A stretch of DNA of 58,338 nucleotides, from positions 36,918,669 to 36,977,006 of the forward strand of contig NC_057718.1 in NCBI RefSeq assembly GCF_004010195.1, read 5' to 3'. This document shows positions 1-13,611 of the stretch, piece by piece. Numbering within the stretch: position 1 is the stretch's first letter; each line of letters starts with the position of its first letter. Both the position numbers and the translations under genes were made by a program. This DNA comes from Chiloscyllium plagiosum (lineage: Eukaryota). A model generated the notes under the pieces. It was given only the letters and a program-made list of their open reading frames with translations. It ran no database searches and had not been told where the DNA came from.

Positions 1-258
1 GAGTCTTGGTTAAAGAAGTGGGCACGGAGGCGAAGGCGGCGGAAGAATTGTTCGATGTCACACCGCGTGTTGAATTCATTAATCCAGGAGCGTAGGGGAA
101 TGAAGGTGAGGCCCCTGCTGAGGACTGATCTTTCATCCTCAGAGAGGGGTAGGTCTGGAGGGATAGTGAAAACACGGCAGGGCTGGGAGCTAGGACCTGG
201 TGTGGGGCTGGAGGTGGGTGTGGGGACGGGGTTAGGTCTGGGGGCGGGGACGAGGTTA
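1..258 (-). mobile_element. Penelope-like element, N-terminal ORF fragment (continues off the left edge)
   Basis: Minus strand reads CRVFTIPPDLPLSEDERSVLSRGLTFIPLRSWINEFNTRCDIEQFFRRLRLRAHFFNQD, matching the LS..E..VL.KGL.F.P / FFRRLRL N-terminal motif of Penelope ORFs; CpGs retained. Confidence 0.85.
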
Positions 259-299
259 TTACTTGTCCTTCTGTTTAATATTGCCCTTTAAGAAGTGCC

Positions 300-690
300 A
301 GTTGAGTCTCAGGTTGTGCGGCTGAGTTCCACTCCAGAGACTTCAGCACATGATCTATGTTGACACTTCAGTCCATTACTGAGGAGCAATGCACTCTCAG
401 AGGTGCTGCTTTCTGGGTGGGAGTTGGAACATCATATTGTCTTCTTTCTGAACAGTATTTAATAAAGCCCATGCCACTGTTTGAAGAAGAGCAGGAGAGC
501 TTTCTGCTGTCTTGCTAATATTAATTCTGCAACCGATGCCCAACCATCATTTATCTTATTGCATTTGTGTGTCAGTGACGTGTGCTAACTGGCCGCTGTT
601 TTCTACATTACAACACTGACAAGACCTCAATCACTATTGAAAAGTACAGAAACCTATGAAGGGTGTGGGAAGCCCTGAGGGATCATGAGG
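300..690 (+). mobile_element. Decayed DeuSINE (SacSINE1-like)
   Basis: Recognisable blocks ccactccagagacttcagcaca...tgacacttcagtccattactgagg, atgccactgtttgaagaagagcagg and ttctacattacaaca, typical of Deu-domain SINEs. Confidence 0.7.
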
Positions 691-1246
691 CCTTTCTCTC
701 TTTGGATTTGCAGTTCTGATGAGTTCAATTATATTGGCATTAAACAATTCATTGCCTCCTGTGGAGGAAGGATCCAGCTGAACAATTACTTCCACCATCA
801 GCTGATGATCCACTAATTTTAAACAGCTTGAGAGTTTGCCAAAAAAAAGCTACCTGTCACAGTAACCAGCGCTTTCAATGATAAGTGAACCGAAAGATGT
901 AGAACACAAGGAATTTGAAACACTCTGGGATAGATTTTCAACATTCTGCCTGCATGTGAAACTGACAGCCCGATAGCGAGACTGCTTAACTTTCATTTCC
1001 AGTTGGAAGTCCTGACTTGCTCAATCTCTTTTCACTCAGAAAGGAAAGATTTTTAGTTCTGTTCTGAAGGCAACATGAAAACATGAAGGAGTTGCTGCCA
1101 TCGACATGAACAGCAGCCAGTCAATGAAACTCAATTCAATAATTGGCGTTCTATCCAAAAGTGTCATAAAAGAAATCCCAACTTTGTCTAACATGTGGAA
1201 TGACCAAAAGTACACAGTGTCAATAACAGCAGCTTTTACCTCTAAA

Positions 1247-2015
1247 GAAAACAACAAATGCTAGCGATGGCAGCAGATCAGACAGCATCCATGGTGAGAG
1301 AGAGAGCAAGCTAATGTTTTGAGTCTAAATGATTCTTTATCAGAGCTGAAGTGAAGTGTGGAAGGGATGGCATTTATGCAATAGTGAGATAGGGGTAGGG
1401 GTGTGGGTAGTGAGTGTAGAATGCTGATGGAGAAAAGATGGTGAGAGTTCAGATTAAATGATGGGAAAAATGGGATGGAGTCCTTACAGGACCCATGTTG
1501 GGGAATAAACTGTCCACTGCTATCCACTACAAAGCCACTAACTCCCATAGCTACCTTCACTACAGCTCATCACACCCCACATCCTGCAAGGCTCACAACG
1601 CAGATTAGAGGAACAACATCTCATCTTCATACTAGGCACTTCACAGCCTTCTGCACTTAATATTGAGTTCAACACCCATAAATTGTGAACCAACTCCCAT
1701 TTCTTCCCTTTTAGCTTGTTGTCATGTCCTCCCCTCCCCCCATCCCAGTTACTGTCTTTTCAAGTCTGGCAGGAGACAAGCCATTGTTCTGCCATTCTCA
1801 CATTCCGATCACTTAATCTGAACTATCAAGATCTGTTCTCCCACTAACCCCACTCCCCACCCCTCCCAAGCTGTCCCCTCCATACTTCACTTCAGCTCTG
1901 ATCAAGAGTCTTCTAAACTTGAAATGTTAGCTTGCTCTCTCCATGGATGCTGCCTGACCCGCTGTGATCTCTAGTATTTGTTGTTTTAGGTACAGATTCC
2001 AGCATCTGCAGTAAT
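1247..2015 (+). mobile_element. Penelope-like element 3' end preceded by an inverted pseudo-LTR, 13-bp TSD
   Basis: 1247-~1470 is an inverted copy of the terminal repeat at ~1810-1985; internal part resembles the post-GIY-YIG tail (gattagaggaacaacatctcatcttc); TSD ttttacctctaaa at 1234-1246 and 2016-2028. Confidence 0.8.
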
Positions 2016-5000
2016 TTTTACCTCTAAACATTTTGTCTGCAATTGATATTGTGTTCACCAACTGAAAGGGAGCTCACTTCCGGAATATGCAGACAATCTT
2101 AGCTCATTCTGCACATCAGTGCTATATATAGATATTAGTCTTTTATTTTGAGGGTACCTGTGCTATTCAGTGAGAACAAGGGGACAGAATGGTTGATGGA
2201 AGAACAGATCAGTGCCCTGAAGTGTAGTACAATTCAACACTAAAATCCTCAAACTTCATCTTTGTTGCTTGGACAGCTCAGGGATAGTGGGTGGGCAGAA
2301 AAGGGTTCTCACATTAACAGTTTGTATCATCCTCCATAATTTCACCCTCCAAAGGAAAGAATGGTGGAAAAAGAAAATGATGACCAGCCCCATGTTCTGG
2401 GCAAAGTGAATGACCTTTTAGCATTTCTGTAATAGCTTTCAACAGCATAGATTATAAAGAATTTGACAGGCCAAAGTCACTCTAGTGTGATTTCTAATAT
2501 AATGTTATGGCAGTTCATGGAGGAATTTACTTCTGTAGTAATGTTATTTTGTGAGGTATTTGCTGCACAGCTTGATTTTTGGTTGACGAGCTGATCAAAG
2601 GCACTTTCGGCTTGAAGGCCAATATGTCAGCCGGAGAGCAGAAGCAATGTCTCAGCAATAAAACAATGGGTAATGAGTGCGTGGACTGATATTTCCTTAA
2701 CTGGGAAGTGTATTTTGGGGCGTGACAATTGTTTGTAATCAAACAATATTATATGGTGACAAGTTACAATTTGGTTTAAATACAGGCATATTTGTTAAAG
2801 CACAAACAAAATGAAAAATTAAAGCTATCTAATAGACATGGACATTGTGAAAAAGCAGCAGAAGGAGATGCTGGAGTTTGAAATGAAAAGCTTCACTCGG
2901 AATGTCTTCATGCTACATCTGCACATTCCCTGTTTTCCTGTCAAGACATCACCATTTAACATTTACGTTGCAGGATCGTTTTTCAGCCAGCATTAAGACA
3001 GCTGAGCTTTGCTGGAAGACATGATCTGACAAGGTTCATTTCCCACTGAGCAGGCGTCGATCTGCACGAAGCTCTGATTTGGTTCTGAGCCAGTTCCAGA
3101 TATTCCATGTTGTGACGGATGCTTCAGAAAAGGAATCCTTTCACATTCTGCTGTCTCATCGCGTTGTTTTAATTTCAGCGCTTTAGAGCGAAAGGTCAGA
3201 GGCCCATACCACAGCCTCTGAGTGAGCTATCAGCTCTCACCAGCTGAGTTTTGCCGAGTCTTGATGGAAAGTGACATTCATGCACACTCACACCCGAAGG
3301 AAACGAAACTTATCCAGACCAATGAGAAGTTACAAAATACCATTAATGATGGCTGCGAAGCAGTCAGACCGTGTGTGCTCATGTTGATTTCTTTTCCAGT
3401 ATTAAACTGCAGAGGCCTACTGTCCTCCTTGTTTCTTCCCTAACTCAATTCTACTAAAGGTGCTAGTCTTGGATCAGGCTGTGCGATCCTCAGAGCCCTT
3501 CATCATTCTCGCACACTTTATTCCTTTTGATGCTGAAGTGAGCATCATTAGGAGTTTCTTCTCTTTTAACAGCCTGGACATTGAATGGGGGTGATGGGGC
3601 TCGGGTAGGGGGTGTGGGAGGCAACTCTGTCTTAGCACTGAGAATCCCAATGGGAGCCTGTCCCACCTGATAATTGACCCCAATCTGGGAGAATGCATCG
3701 TGTCAAGATGTATCTGGCAGGCTGGACAGGAGTCCTGCCTCACTGGAAGCTTGCCCCATGAGGCAAATCCCAGAACTGCAGGCCAAATCATTTCACTCTC
3801 CTTGGAGAGGGGTTGTGGTTGAGGTCAGTCCCACCAGTTGGTAGCTTTCAAAAACACAGATTCAAGCATACAATGTGTTTTAAAAATTGAATTGAATGTA
3901 GCAATCGGATTAGTGAGCAACCAAATGCAATTCAATTTGATAAAATAATTCCGTTTAATCACAGTAAAATACAGTTAAAGAACATATCAAGCATTGACAT
4001 TCCAAGTGTGTCATTTGACATGCAGCGATGGGTCACCTATAAATATCAGAGATCGGTGAAGATATCATGTGCGCATAAAAGATTGCGGCTATGTAGCCTG
4101 AAAAAGGAGGAGTGAATGTACTGTTAACCTTCATGGTGTTAGATTATGCTGATCCCTGAATACGTGAGCTTGCTCTTTGCAAGGAACATGTAGTTGCATT
4201 GCTAAATACACTGATGCATAAATTGGCATAATTTGTTAATGTCCTGTAGGGATTTAAAACACATTGCTTTAGTTGTGTTAAACCGTACTGAGACGGTCAC
4301 CAATCAGCAGTGTTAGCTGAGGTAGCCTCATCATGTGACCTACCCTGGGAGGAAGACATTTTACTTTGGGACAGTAAGTGCAGTTTGAAGGGGAGCAATT
4401 GGAAAAGCAGCCAGTACACTGTGTCCCAGGACCCCAAACCGGTTCACCACCCTGTGCACTCCCTCCCCCATAATCCCTATGGGCAGCATGGCCAAGAAGG
4501 ATTTTAAAAAAGTAAAATTTATGTCAGAAATGTATTGGTCCCATTAGTCTTGTATACTTCAAATTAGATCTCCAATATGGCTAGAATATTCAATTCCAAA
4601 TATTTTACTATGTTTTTCTTCCACTATGGAAAGGCCTAGAAGATTTTGCATACAATTGTATGATCTGACTCCTGCTGAAACCCTTTGAGTTTCATTACCC
4701 AGCTAACTGGGTTGCAACTGAACTCTGCGCACCACAAGCTGGAGAAGTGAGGGGAAGTTCACAGGCAGATGAGAAGCTATTGGAAGGTGGGTCATGAGGC
4801 TACTCAGTCAGAGGATAGCCTACAGCAAGCGAAGGCCATAGATTCCTTGGGATTTCCAAAGGAACCCTCTTATTCTCTCGGGGAACACTTTAAAACAATT
4901 AAAACTGATACTCACATTTATGTCTTGTGGCCTTGCTATTATCTTTTATTGACCCCTCACCTTACAACATCCATCACTTAAAATCACTGCAAGCTCCAAA

Positions 5001-5190
5001 TAATGTTATAATGACTCCAGGCACCACCTGCTTTGGGGGACAACAATGATGCATTAGAAAATCTGTCAGTTAAAATGTTCTTGAGCATGGAGGTAGGGTT
5101 ACTGATTACAATGCACTCTTCTGTACCTCTCAGCCAATTCAGCAGCAACATGAACAATTTATGTACCTGCCCTCTTGCCTGAGGAGTCTA

Positions 5191-5284
5191 AAGAAGTGAC
5201 ACGGGACCTGAAACGATAACTCTGCTTTTTCTGCACAGATGCTACCTGACCTGCTGAGTTTCTCCAGCAATTTTTGTTTTTGTA
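5191..5284 (+). mobile_element. Short Penelope terminal-repeat fragment with 13-bp TSD
   Basis: gaaacgataactctgc...cacagatgctacctgacctgctgagtttctccagcaattt; flanked by cct(g/a)aggagtcta at 5178-5190 and 5285-5297. Confidence 0.7.
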
Positions 5285-5999
5285 CCTAAGGAGTCTACTG
5301 TGACATCAGGATGACTGATAAAGAGGAAAAAATCAAATTAAATTTTAAAGATTGCCAGCTTTTAGTTCTCGAAATTTTTTGCAGCTTTGTGTTTATTGAA
5401 TGTGAGTTCCTTTTGTTCCATGTTTGATATTGAAAATGTTTTTATTTTATGCTCAGAATCTATGGGAGTTAACATTTATTATATCAGAGGCTTGTGATAA
5501 ATTAAAATGTTTTTGTATGTGTAAATTATAATTATAATCCATTTTATTCAATAACAAAGTGCACTTCCTTAATTTCTGCCTGTCCAAGGTGTAAATGACT
5601 GAAAAATAATACTAATGGTATTGGTGAGAACAGGTTAATTGTGTATTATATTTCTTTGCAATTTATAACCCGAATTCTTCCAGAGATATGTTTTATGTAT
5701 TGCATGCTGCTTCATATTTCAAAAATACTTTCAAACTAATTATGGAATTCAAGTCAATAATGTTACTATATGTAGGTGAATGGTAAATTTTACTATTTAC
5801 TAATTGGAATGTTTTCTGAAAAGATTTGATTATTTTGTGATTCTACATAGTTTACTGGGTGCTGTCATGCTGATTACAGGCATGTCATATCATGAGCTTT
5901 TAGTCTATACTTTCAAAACTTGCACGCAAACAAACTGATAAGATGGCTGCCCTGTACCATGTGACTTTAGGGATTTGGACTACAGACTGTATCTAGTCT

Positions 6000-6870
6000 C
6001 CAACAAATACCTTGTTAGATATGCATATCGGTGAGGGTACCTCAGCTGTCTGTGGAATTCAGACATCCTACTGTTTAAGAATGGACCAACACCTGATGAC
6101 AATGAAGTTTCCAGGCTGTCTGCCTCCATGCTTCTCACTGTTTCCTCTCTGTTTCCCTTCACCTGACTGAGAACTGCTGACAACCATGACATGCTTGTTG
6201 GGTGTGGCACTGCAGCAGTATTGTGAGTCTGGTATCTCTGGCTGAGAGGACAGAGCTCAAAAAGGCAAGGCAATGCAAAGCAGGGACAGTGTGAGCAATC
6301 CAAGGAGACTTAGAGTGAGTGAATGCTATGACAGCAAGCAAAAAGCCCAGAGATGCAGCCTGGCCTGTTCCATGTGCTGGGTGCATGTGCCTGAGCAAAC
6401 AGTGTCCTTTGTAGCACCTTCACAATAATGGATGTAGCTATAGCCCAAGTTGCAGCATTGAAGTGCAGAAGCTTACTGTAAGTGGTTTGCAAATGTGCCA
6501 TGAGGGTTCTTAGAGGCTAGTACATTACAGATGCCAAGGTCTGTGGATGGTGTGTGACTGGTGCTGATGGAACGTGCCCCGAGTTGCCAAGTGTTGCCAG
6601 GCACCCGCTCTGACTTCCATGTTAAGAATTCTCACCATCTAGCTTGTTAGGTACGTTTAATAAGATAGAAAGCTGAATATTAATAAGATAAATAGCAGTG
6701 TTAATAAAGCACTTAACAAGCGATAATCCCTCTCATTGAGCAATGTGTCACTTCCCAGCAGGAAACCAGCTCTACCCTGCAGAAAACACATAAAAATGCA
6801 ACAAATCCATCTGAACTTGAGATTGACCTCACCAGACTTTTCACATCATTCAGCCCCAAGTTGTACCATA
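6000..6870. mobile_element. Old DNA-transposon relic (probably Harbinger-derived), homologous to 14840-15495
   Basis: 6255-6370 (aaaggcaaggc...gtgtgag...gtgagtgaatgct...gagatgcagcctgg) aligns by eye with 14848-14945; family assignment is inference. Confidence 0.35.
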
Positions 6871-8009
6871 GCCCACATATGCACTTTGTGTTAGATGCCA
6901 AAGACAATGAATCTGATCATTTTTTAAGATGTTTTGATTGTGATTAAAGGTATGCTTGCAGAATTAACACACTCAAGAGAACGTGGCATGTTGATTTAAT
7001 TTGAATGACTATTTTATGTGCTTTTTCACATTTCAAAACAACCTACATCAACACAGGCAGTTCATATTTTATACACAGCATATAAGTCAAGCTACACTTT
7101 TTGGAAGGACTTTTCAAGGATTGAATTATATGACACAGTTTAATATACTATTCATACCTGCAGTAATGCGGATGCTCAGTAGCGATGAGAAAATTAAGAG
7201 GCCCACTGTTTGTCTAAGGTAAGGAATCTTTGATTAACTGGCACACAAGACCCCACTTTACTTTACTATAAGTGTTCTTGACTGTAGAAGGTTACTCTTG
7301 TGTTACGTGCAAGAGAAGCATCAGCGAATATCTTGGTTTGTAAAGTCCACAATAGGAGTTGCTTCTCTGAGTTCTTCTTCCTCATTCCTTCTTTATCTGT
7401 GCTCCATATGCTATCTCCTAATTAATTTCACAGTGTTACAGTCAGGATCATTGCACAGTTTCTTCACTCTAATTTATTGTTTCACAAGAACTGGTTTGCA
7501 GAACTGTTTATATCTTTTCATCTTTCCTTTTAGTTTTTAAGATCTAATCTTGATATGACCTAATTGTTACTTCTTGATTGACTATGAACTCTCAAATCCA
7601 TATGTGCTGATGATATATTTAAAAAATTGCTGGCCAACCGTTTTTACATGCAAATGGCTGCGTCACTGTTAAATAATATGAACACATTAAATTGAAACTT
7701 CAAGAGAGATGCATGCAGTCTCACTATGTTTCAGTCACTCAGAACAGAAAACATGTCAGTTTGATTTAGGGTGACTGTAGCAAGTAACTCACACATGAAC
7801 AGTGCTACAAACCAAGGGTATTAGAGCAAAGCCAAGGAAAACACACATAAAGGATGTGCTATGGCTGGCAGTAAGGTATGATTTGTATTTCTACTCGTGA
7901 GGTTTTCCTTAACTCATTTACCATTTTGTTGCCTCTGACCTGTAGTCTGATTTAACTTTGAGATATATTTGTTATAGCTCTCTGGTGAATATAATATTTG
8001 TTTTCAAAG

Positions 8010-8460
8010 GAACATAAGATGAATAGGCCATTCATCCCCTTGGGTCTGTTTGGCTATTGAGTTAATTAAAGCTGACCTGTATCTTAACTCCATCCTTCTG
8101 CCTTTCCATAATCCAGAGTATCCTTACCTCACCAAAATATCGCAATCGCAATTTTTAAATTATCAATTGACTTTGGCTCAGCAGTTTTTGGGGAACTAAG
8201 TTCCAGATTTTCACTACCCTTTGTGTGATGAAAAGCATCCTAATATTATCCCTGAAAGGACCATGGTTTAAGCCCATGGCTTTTGCTTTGAGCATCTCAA
8301 CCAGATAAATATTACTCACTACTTACTAGATCAACATTTTAAGGCACTTTAAATAACCTAATTCAATCATTTTGTCATGTTATAATCTTCTTTCCTCAGG
8401 GAATATAAATCTAGTTCATTCCACTGTCCTAATAATTCAACCATTTTAGTTTTGGTTTTA
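8010..8460 (-). mobile_element. Decayed CR1 LINE 3' end
   Basis: aacataag...ggccattcatcccct tail on the left and ttccagattttcactaccctttgtgtga conserved CR1 C-terminal block. Confidence 0.6.
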
Positions 8461-8799
8461 TTCTACTCAAATCCACAATTTAACAATACAGTTTCACAAT
8501 TAATGTTTGTTTTCATAGTATACTGGGTGCTGAGATTAAATAAATAGTCCTCACTGATTTCAGATCACATGTGAAAGTAAAACAAGTACATATGCGCTCG
8601 CCATAGTACACTGAATTAATGTTTGGGGCAAGACCTATATTCACAATTTTGCAGTTTAGAGCTCTGGATTTGAACGATGATGCTGGGGAAGATGTCAAGT
8701 ATGCACCCCCCACCCAAAGTAGAAGAAAAAAGATTAAAGCTTCTGCCATCATGCTGTAACCATAATCATCCCTGAGTGTCAGAACAGTCATAACAAAGA

Positions 8800-9325
8800 C
8801 CTGGAATTAGACTGTACTCACAATCTGGGATGGTATGTGATCCCAGGGATGAAATGCTTGTCATATGAGAAATGGTTTAGGATCCTGGGTCTGTACTCAA
8901 TGGAGTTTAGAAGGATGAGTGGTGGGGTGGGGTAGAGGGGGTAATGTAAATGTTTGAAAATTGCTAGAATATTGAGAGGCCTGGATGGAGTGGAGGTGGA
9001 GAAGATCCTTCCACTAGTAGGAGACACTACAACGTGAGGGCACAGCCTCTGAATGAAGGGATAGCCCTTTAGAACTGAGATGATGAAGAATTTCTTCAGC
9101 CACGGGTGGTGAATCCGTGGAACCCATTGCAACAAAAGGCTGTAGAGACCATGTCATTGAGTGTATTTAAGACAGTTTGACAGGTTTTTGATTGGTATGG
9201 ATCACAAAGGTTACAGGGAGAAGGCAGGAGAATGGGGTTGAAAAACATATCAGTCATGATTGAATGGTAGAGTAGATTGGATGGGCCGGAACACCTAAGT
9301 CTGCTCCTGTATCTTATGATTTTAT
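8800..9325 (+). mobile_element. CR1 LINE 3' fragment
   Basis: RT C-terminus (tcatatgagaaatgg...aatttcttcagccacgggtggtgaatccgtggaac, i.e. FFS.RVV..WN) followed by the 3' UTR stem-loop and tail. Confidence 0.85.
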
Positions 9326-9349
9326 GTGGTGCTGGGAAACACAAGATGA

Positions 9350-10625
9350 GATTGTAAGATTATAAAAAATACAAGTTGGGTAAGACCATTTGGCCAATCA
9401 ACCTTACTTCACTATATAATAAAATCATGAATGATCTGATTGTAGACTTAAGTCCACTTTGCTGGCTGTTGCCTAGCAACCTCAATTTGCTTGTCAATCA
9501 AAAACCTGTAGATCTGAGACTTGAATATATTCAATGGGCCAGCGTTTGTGGAAGAGAAATCCAAGGATCCACAAGCCTCTGAGAAAGTAAATTCCTCCTA
9601 GTTTCTATCACATGTTATTTTTCAAACTGTCCTCCAGTTTCAGCTTTCCTGAGAGGAGACACCCTTTCAGCAATTACCCTGTTTAGTTTTCTCAGAATCA
9701 TGGAAGTTTGAATAAGATTACTTTTCCTGTTTTTATACTTCAATAAGTATAAGTCAAACTTGCTTAGTTTTTCCATGTGACACTTTAAATTCTAGGAATC
9801 AGTCTGGTGATCAGTCTCTGAACTGCCTCCCACACAAGCATATCCCTTTTTAAGTAAGGAAGCTAAAACACTACAGACCTCTCTGGATATGGTCCCATCA
9901 ATCTCCTGTATGGTTACAGCAAGACATTTCTACTTTTATACTCCTTCCCCTTACTATAAAGGCCAACATTTCATTTGTCTTCCCAAGTACTTTCTTTGCT
10001 TCTTGTGCAAAGACACCCAGATAACTCTGCCTGCAGCATTCTCTAGTGTTTCTCCATTTACAAAAATCATGATGCTTTTCTATGCTTTCTGCCAAAGTGA
10101 ACATGCTGACTTGTTCCACATTGTAATCCATCCATTTTTTTAAAAACACACTTACTCAATCTATCTATAATCCTTCACAATTTATTTGTATCCTCCTCAT
10201 AACATGTTTCTCTACCTATCTTTGTGTCATCAGAAAATTTAGCTACCACATAGTGGATACCTTCACCTAAGTCATTAAAAGGTGTAATAAGTTTAATATT
10301 GAGGACCTATCACTGATTCCTGTCAGATTTCACAAATTGCAATTTGCCAATCTGAAAATGACACATTTATCTCTGTTTATTTCCTGTTAGTTTGTCAATC
10401 CTCCATCCATGCTTATATTCCACCATCAATACCAGTTACTGTTATCTTGTGAAGCAACGTTATCGAATGCATTTTGGAATTCAAAATAAAATACATTTAT
10501 TGGTTCCCCTTTGTTTATCCAGCTACTTACATCCTTGAAGAACTGTCATAAATTTGTCAAAGATGATTTCCCTATAACAAAGCCATATTGACTATGTCTG
10601 ATTGTATGATAATTTTCGAAATGTT
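9350..10625 (-). mobile_element. Decayed CR1 LINE 3' portion (RT)
   Basis: Minus strand has KFSDDTK-like (tttgtgtcatcagaaaattt), DFQNAFD-like and KTNEMLAFIVRG motifs; tail near 9350-9450. Confidence 0.75.
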
Positions 10626-12136
10626 TTGATATTAGCTCTGCACGTGGAAAGCAAGAAAATAAAAACAAACAAGCATCGACCACTCCACAAAATGAAAAAT
10701 ATAAAAAATTTGAAGAACAATACCAAATGATGGAGGATAGTCAAAAAACAGAGGAAAATTGGTTTAGAAATATCCCAACCTGATTAAGGAAGGAAAACAT
10801 GGCTGAATATGGCAATCATTAGGGTAACCCATAATTTTTCAGTTGAAGAAAATTCTGTGACTTACATTTATTTCCATTGGCATTGAATGCTTTTGGAAAA
10901 TCTTCATAAAATTCAATTTTCCTGTCAAACTTGAAGTATGTTTCCAGTAATATTGAAGACTGGTTTTATTTGAGATGGAATAGGCTTAAAAAAGCTGCAG
11001 CAGCATTTTTCGTAGCTGTCATTGTAGGTTCTTTGCTCTGTTAATAGCAGCAAATAAATACAAATTGTGTGCATGTTTTATAGTAGACACTGAATTCTAG
11101 AATTGCCATCAAGATTTGTCACAGAGAAAAAGTGCTTGTGCAACCGCTCTTTGTAAGAGAACTTACAACTAATCCCATTATCTAGCCATCTCTCCAACAT
11201 TTCGTATCTTCCTCTGCTTCAAGTAGTTACCCACCTTTCCCTTAAGATGTGCAATGGTCTCTGTCTCATCATGGTAACAGGTGTATGTTCCAACAATTTC
11301 TCCTCACAATCTTTCTCAGTTTCTTGTGGCAATTTCAAATGGATGATCTTTACTTACTGTCTCCACAATATTGTATGTGTGGACACATTGAGCATCTAGA
11401 GCCATGGCTATTGTTTATAAATGTTTGGACTTTCCATCTTCACTCTATTAAATCCAGCAGAATTTTTAAAAATACATTAAATCTTCTCAGCTTTCTCTGC
11501 TCTGACCAAATATAATGAAAAATTAATATTGCACAACAAAGTTGTTATTTTAAAAACACACAGGAAATCTTTAAGACAAATCTCTACTAAACGTAAAAAT
11601 GATTCAGATAATCCATAACATTTCAGTTCAAGAAAGTCCTGTGATGATGTGACAGTTAGAAATATTTCCATAGCTGTGGAATGTTTTTAGAAAGTCTCTG
11701 TAATATGGGATTTTCCTGTAAAACTTGATGTATTTTTCCAGTAATGACAAGGGCTGATTTTACTTAAATCAAAATAAAGAATTGTAAAGTTAAAATACTC
11801 CTTACTTCAATTCACTTCTCATAGTCAGTTCTGGTCTCCGTGCTATAGGAAAGATGTTGTCAAACTTGAAAGGGTTCAAAAAAGATTTACAAGGATGTTG
11901 CCAGGGTTGGAGGGTTTGAGCAACAGGAAGAAGCTGAATAGACTATTTTCCCTGGAGCGTTGGAGGCTGAGGGGTGACCTTATAAAAGTTTATAAAATCA
12001 TGAGAGGCATGGGTAGGGTGAACATCCAAGGTCCTTCCTTTAGGATAAGGTAGTCCAAAACTAAATGGAAGAGATTTAAGGTGAGAGGGGAGAGCTTTAA
12101 AACGGACCTGATGGACAACTTTTTCCATGCAGAGTG

Positions 12137-12565
12137 ACTATAAGACCATAAGATATAGGAACAGAAATTAGGCTATTCAGCCCATTGAGTCCACGCTGAC
12201 ATTCAATCATGGCGGATAAATTTCTCAACCCCATTTTTCTGCTTTCTCCCCGTAACCTTTGATCCCCTTGACAATCAAAACCTATGTATCTCTGTCTTAA
12301 ATTTATATATTTAGATTACATTACAGTGTGGAAACAGGCCCTTCGGCCCAACAAGTCCACACCGACCCGCCGAAGCGCAACCCACCCATACCCCTACATT
12401 TACCCCTTACCTAACACTATGGGCAATTTAGCATGGTAAATGTAGGGGTATGGGTGGGTTGCGCTTCGACGGGTCGGTGTGGACTTGTTGGGCCGAAGGG
12501 CCTGTTTCCACACTGTAATGTAATCTAAATATATTCAATGACCTGACCTGCACAGCCTTCTGTGG
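12137..12565 (-). mobile_element. CR1 3' tail nested in the CR1 above and itself interrupted by the HE1 inverted pair
   Basis: taagaccataagatatagga...ggctattcagccc tail; text ...tctgtcttaaat resumes as atattcaatgacc after 12534. Confidence 0.75.
12305..12534. repeat. Inverted pair of HE1 SINE 3' ends forming a 100-bp stem with 30-nt loop
   Basis: 12305-12404 is the reverse complement of 12435-12534 with one mismatch. Confidence 0.92.
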
Positions 12566-13273
12566 TCCATGTATAAAATGAGCTGCCAGACGAAGTGGTG
12601 GAGGCTGGTACAATTATAACATTTAGAAGGCATCTGGATGGGTATATGAATAGGAAGGGATTAGAGGGATATGGGTTAAGTACTGGCAAATGGGACTAGA
12701 TTATTTAGAATATCTGATCAGCATGGACAAGTTGGATTGAAGGGTCCGTTTCCGTGCTGTACATGTCTATGACTCTAAATATAATGAAGCACGTGCTCTA
12801 TCATTCTGGTGAAGCTACACTTCTTTTCATTTCAGTTTTCATTATGCAGCTTTCAAACTATACACGTAACTTTTACTGTGTCCAAGCTATTGGCTTATAG
12901 AAATTTATCATCAGCCATTTTTTTGAGTTCCTTATTCATGAGATATGGCTATTGCTGGTATTACCAGCTTTTACTGCTTATTTCTAATTGTATATAAGAA
13001 GGTGGTAAGTTAGAACATGGAACATAGATCGTTACAGCACAGTACAGGCTCTTCAGCCCTCGATGTTGCACCAAAGTTGATTCTTGCCCTACTCCAGTCT
13101 GTGTGGTGAAAATACTCTCAAGGTATTGTTCATTTTTGCTCTGGTATTCTGTGCTCCGATTTATAAATCTGCAATCCTTTAACCTTTCTTTGGTTGCTTT
13201 CACTCTTTCAGGGAATAATAGGAATGGAACTTCTCTCCCATGGAGAAGGACCTATGTATATTACAACTTTCAC

Positions 13274-13611
13274 TCATAGAATCCTTACAGTGTGGAGACA
13301 GGCCATGCAGCTAGTCGAGTCACACCAACTGTCCAAAGAACATCCTACCCAGACCCAACCCATCCCTGTAAGCCTGCATACCCCATGGCTAACCCACCTA
13401 GCCTGCACAGTATGGGTAATTTAGCATGGCCAATCCACCTAACCTGCACACCTTTGGACTGTGGGAGGAAACTGGACCACCCAGCAGAAATCCACACAGA
13501 CACGGGGAGAATGTACAAATTCCACACAGACAGTCACCCGAGGGTGGGATCGAAGCTGGGTTCCTGGTGCTGTGAGGTAGCAGAGCTAACCACTGAGCCA
13601 CCAGGCTGCCC
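13274..13611 (-). mobile_element. HE1-type V-SINE (tRNA-derived head, CR1-like tail)
   Basis: Reverse complement starts gggcagcctggtggctcagtggttagc (A box), has a B-box region, the V-domain gtggaatttgtacattctccccgtgtctg and a CR1-like tail. Confidence 0.9.

Larger units (their letters stand above)
11822..12777 (+). mobile_element. CR1 (HER1-like) LINE 3' fragment, interrupted at ~12137-12565
   Basis: QFWSPCYRKDVVKLERVQKRFTRMLPGL...RLRGDLIKVYKIMRG; sequence resumes at ~12566 and ends with ctatgactcta tail. Confidence 0.9.

Noticed and set aside
10634..10783. Protein-like charged peptide (KQENKNKQ...KKFEEQYQMMEDSQKTEENW)
   Set aside because: A-rich low-complexity sequence, under 60 codons, no convincing splice sites
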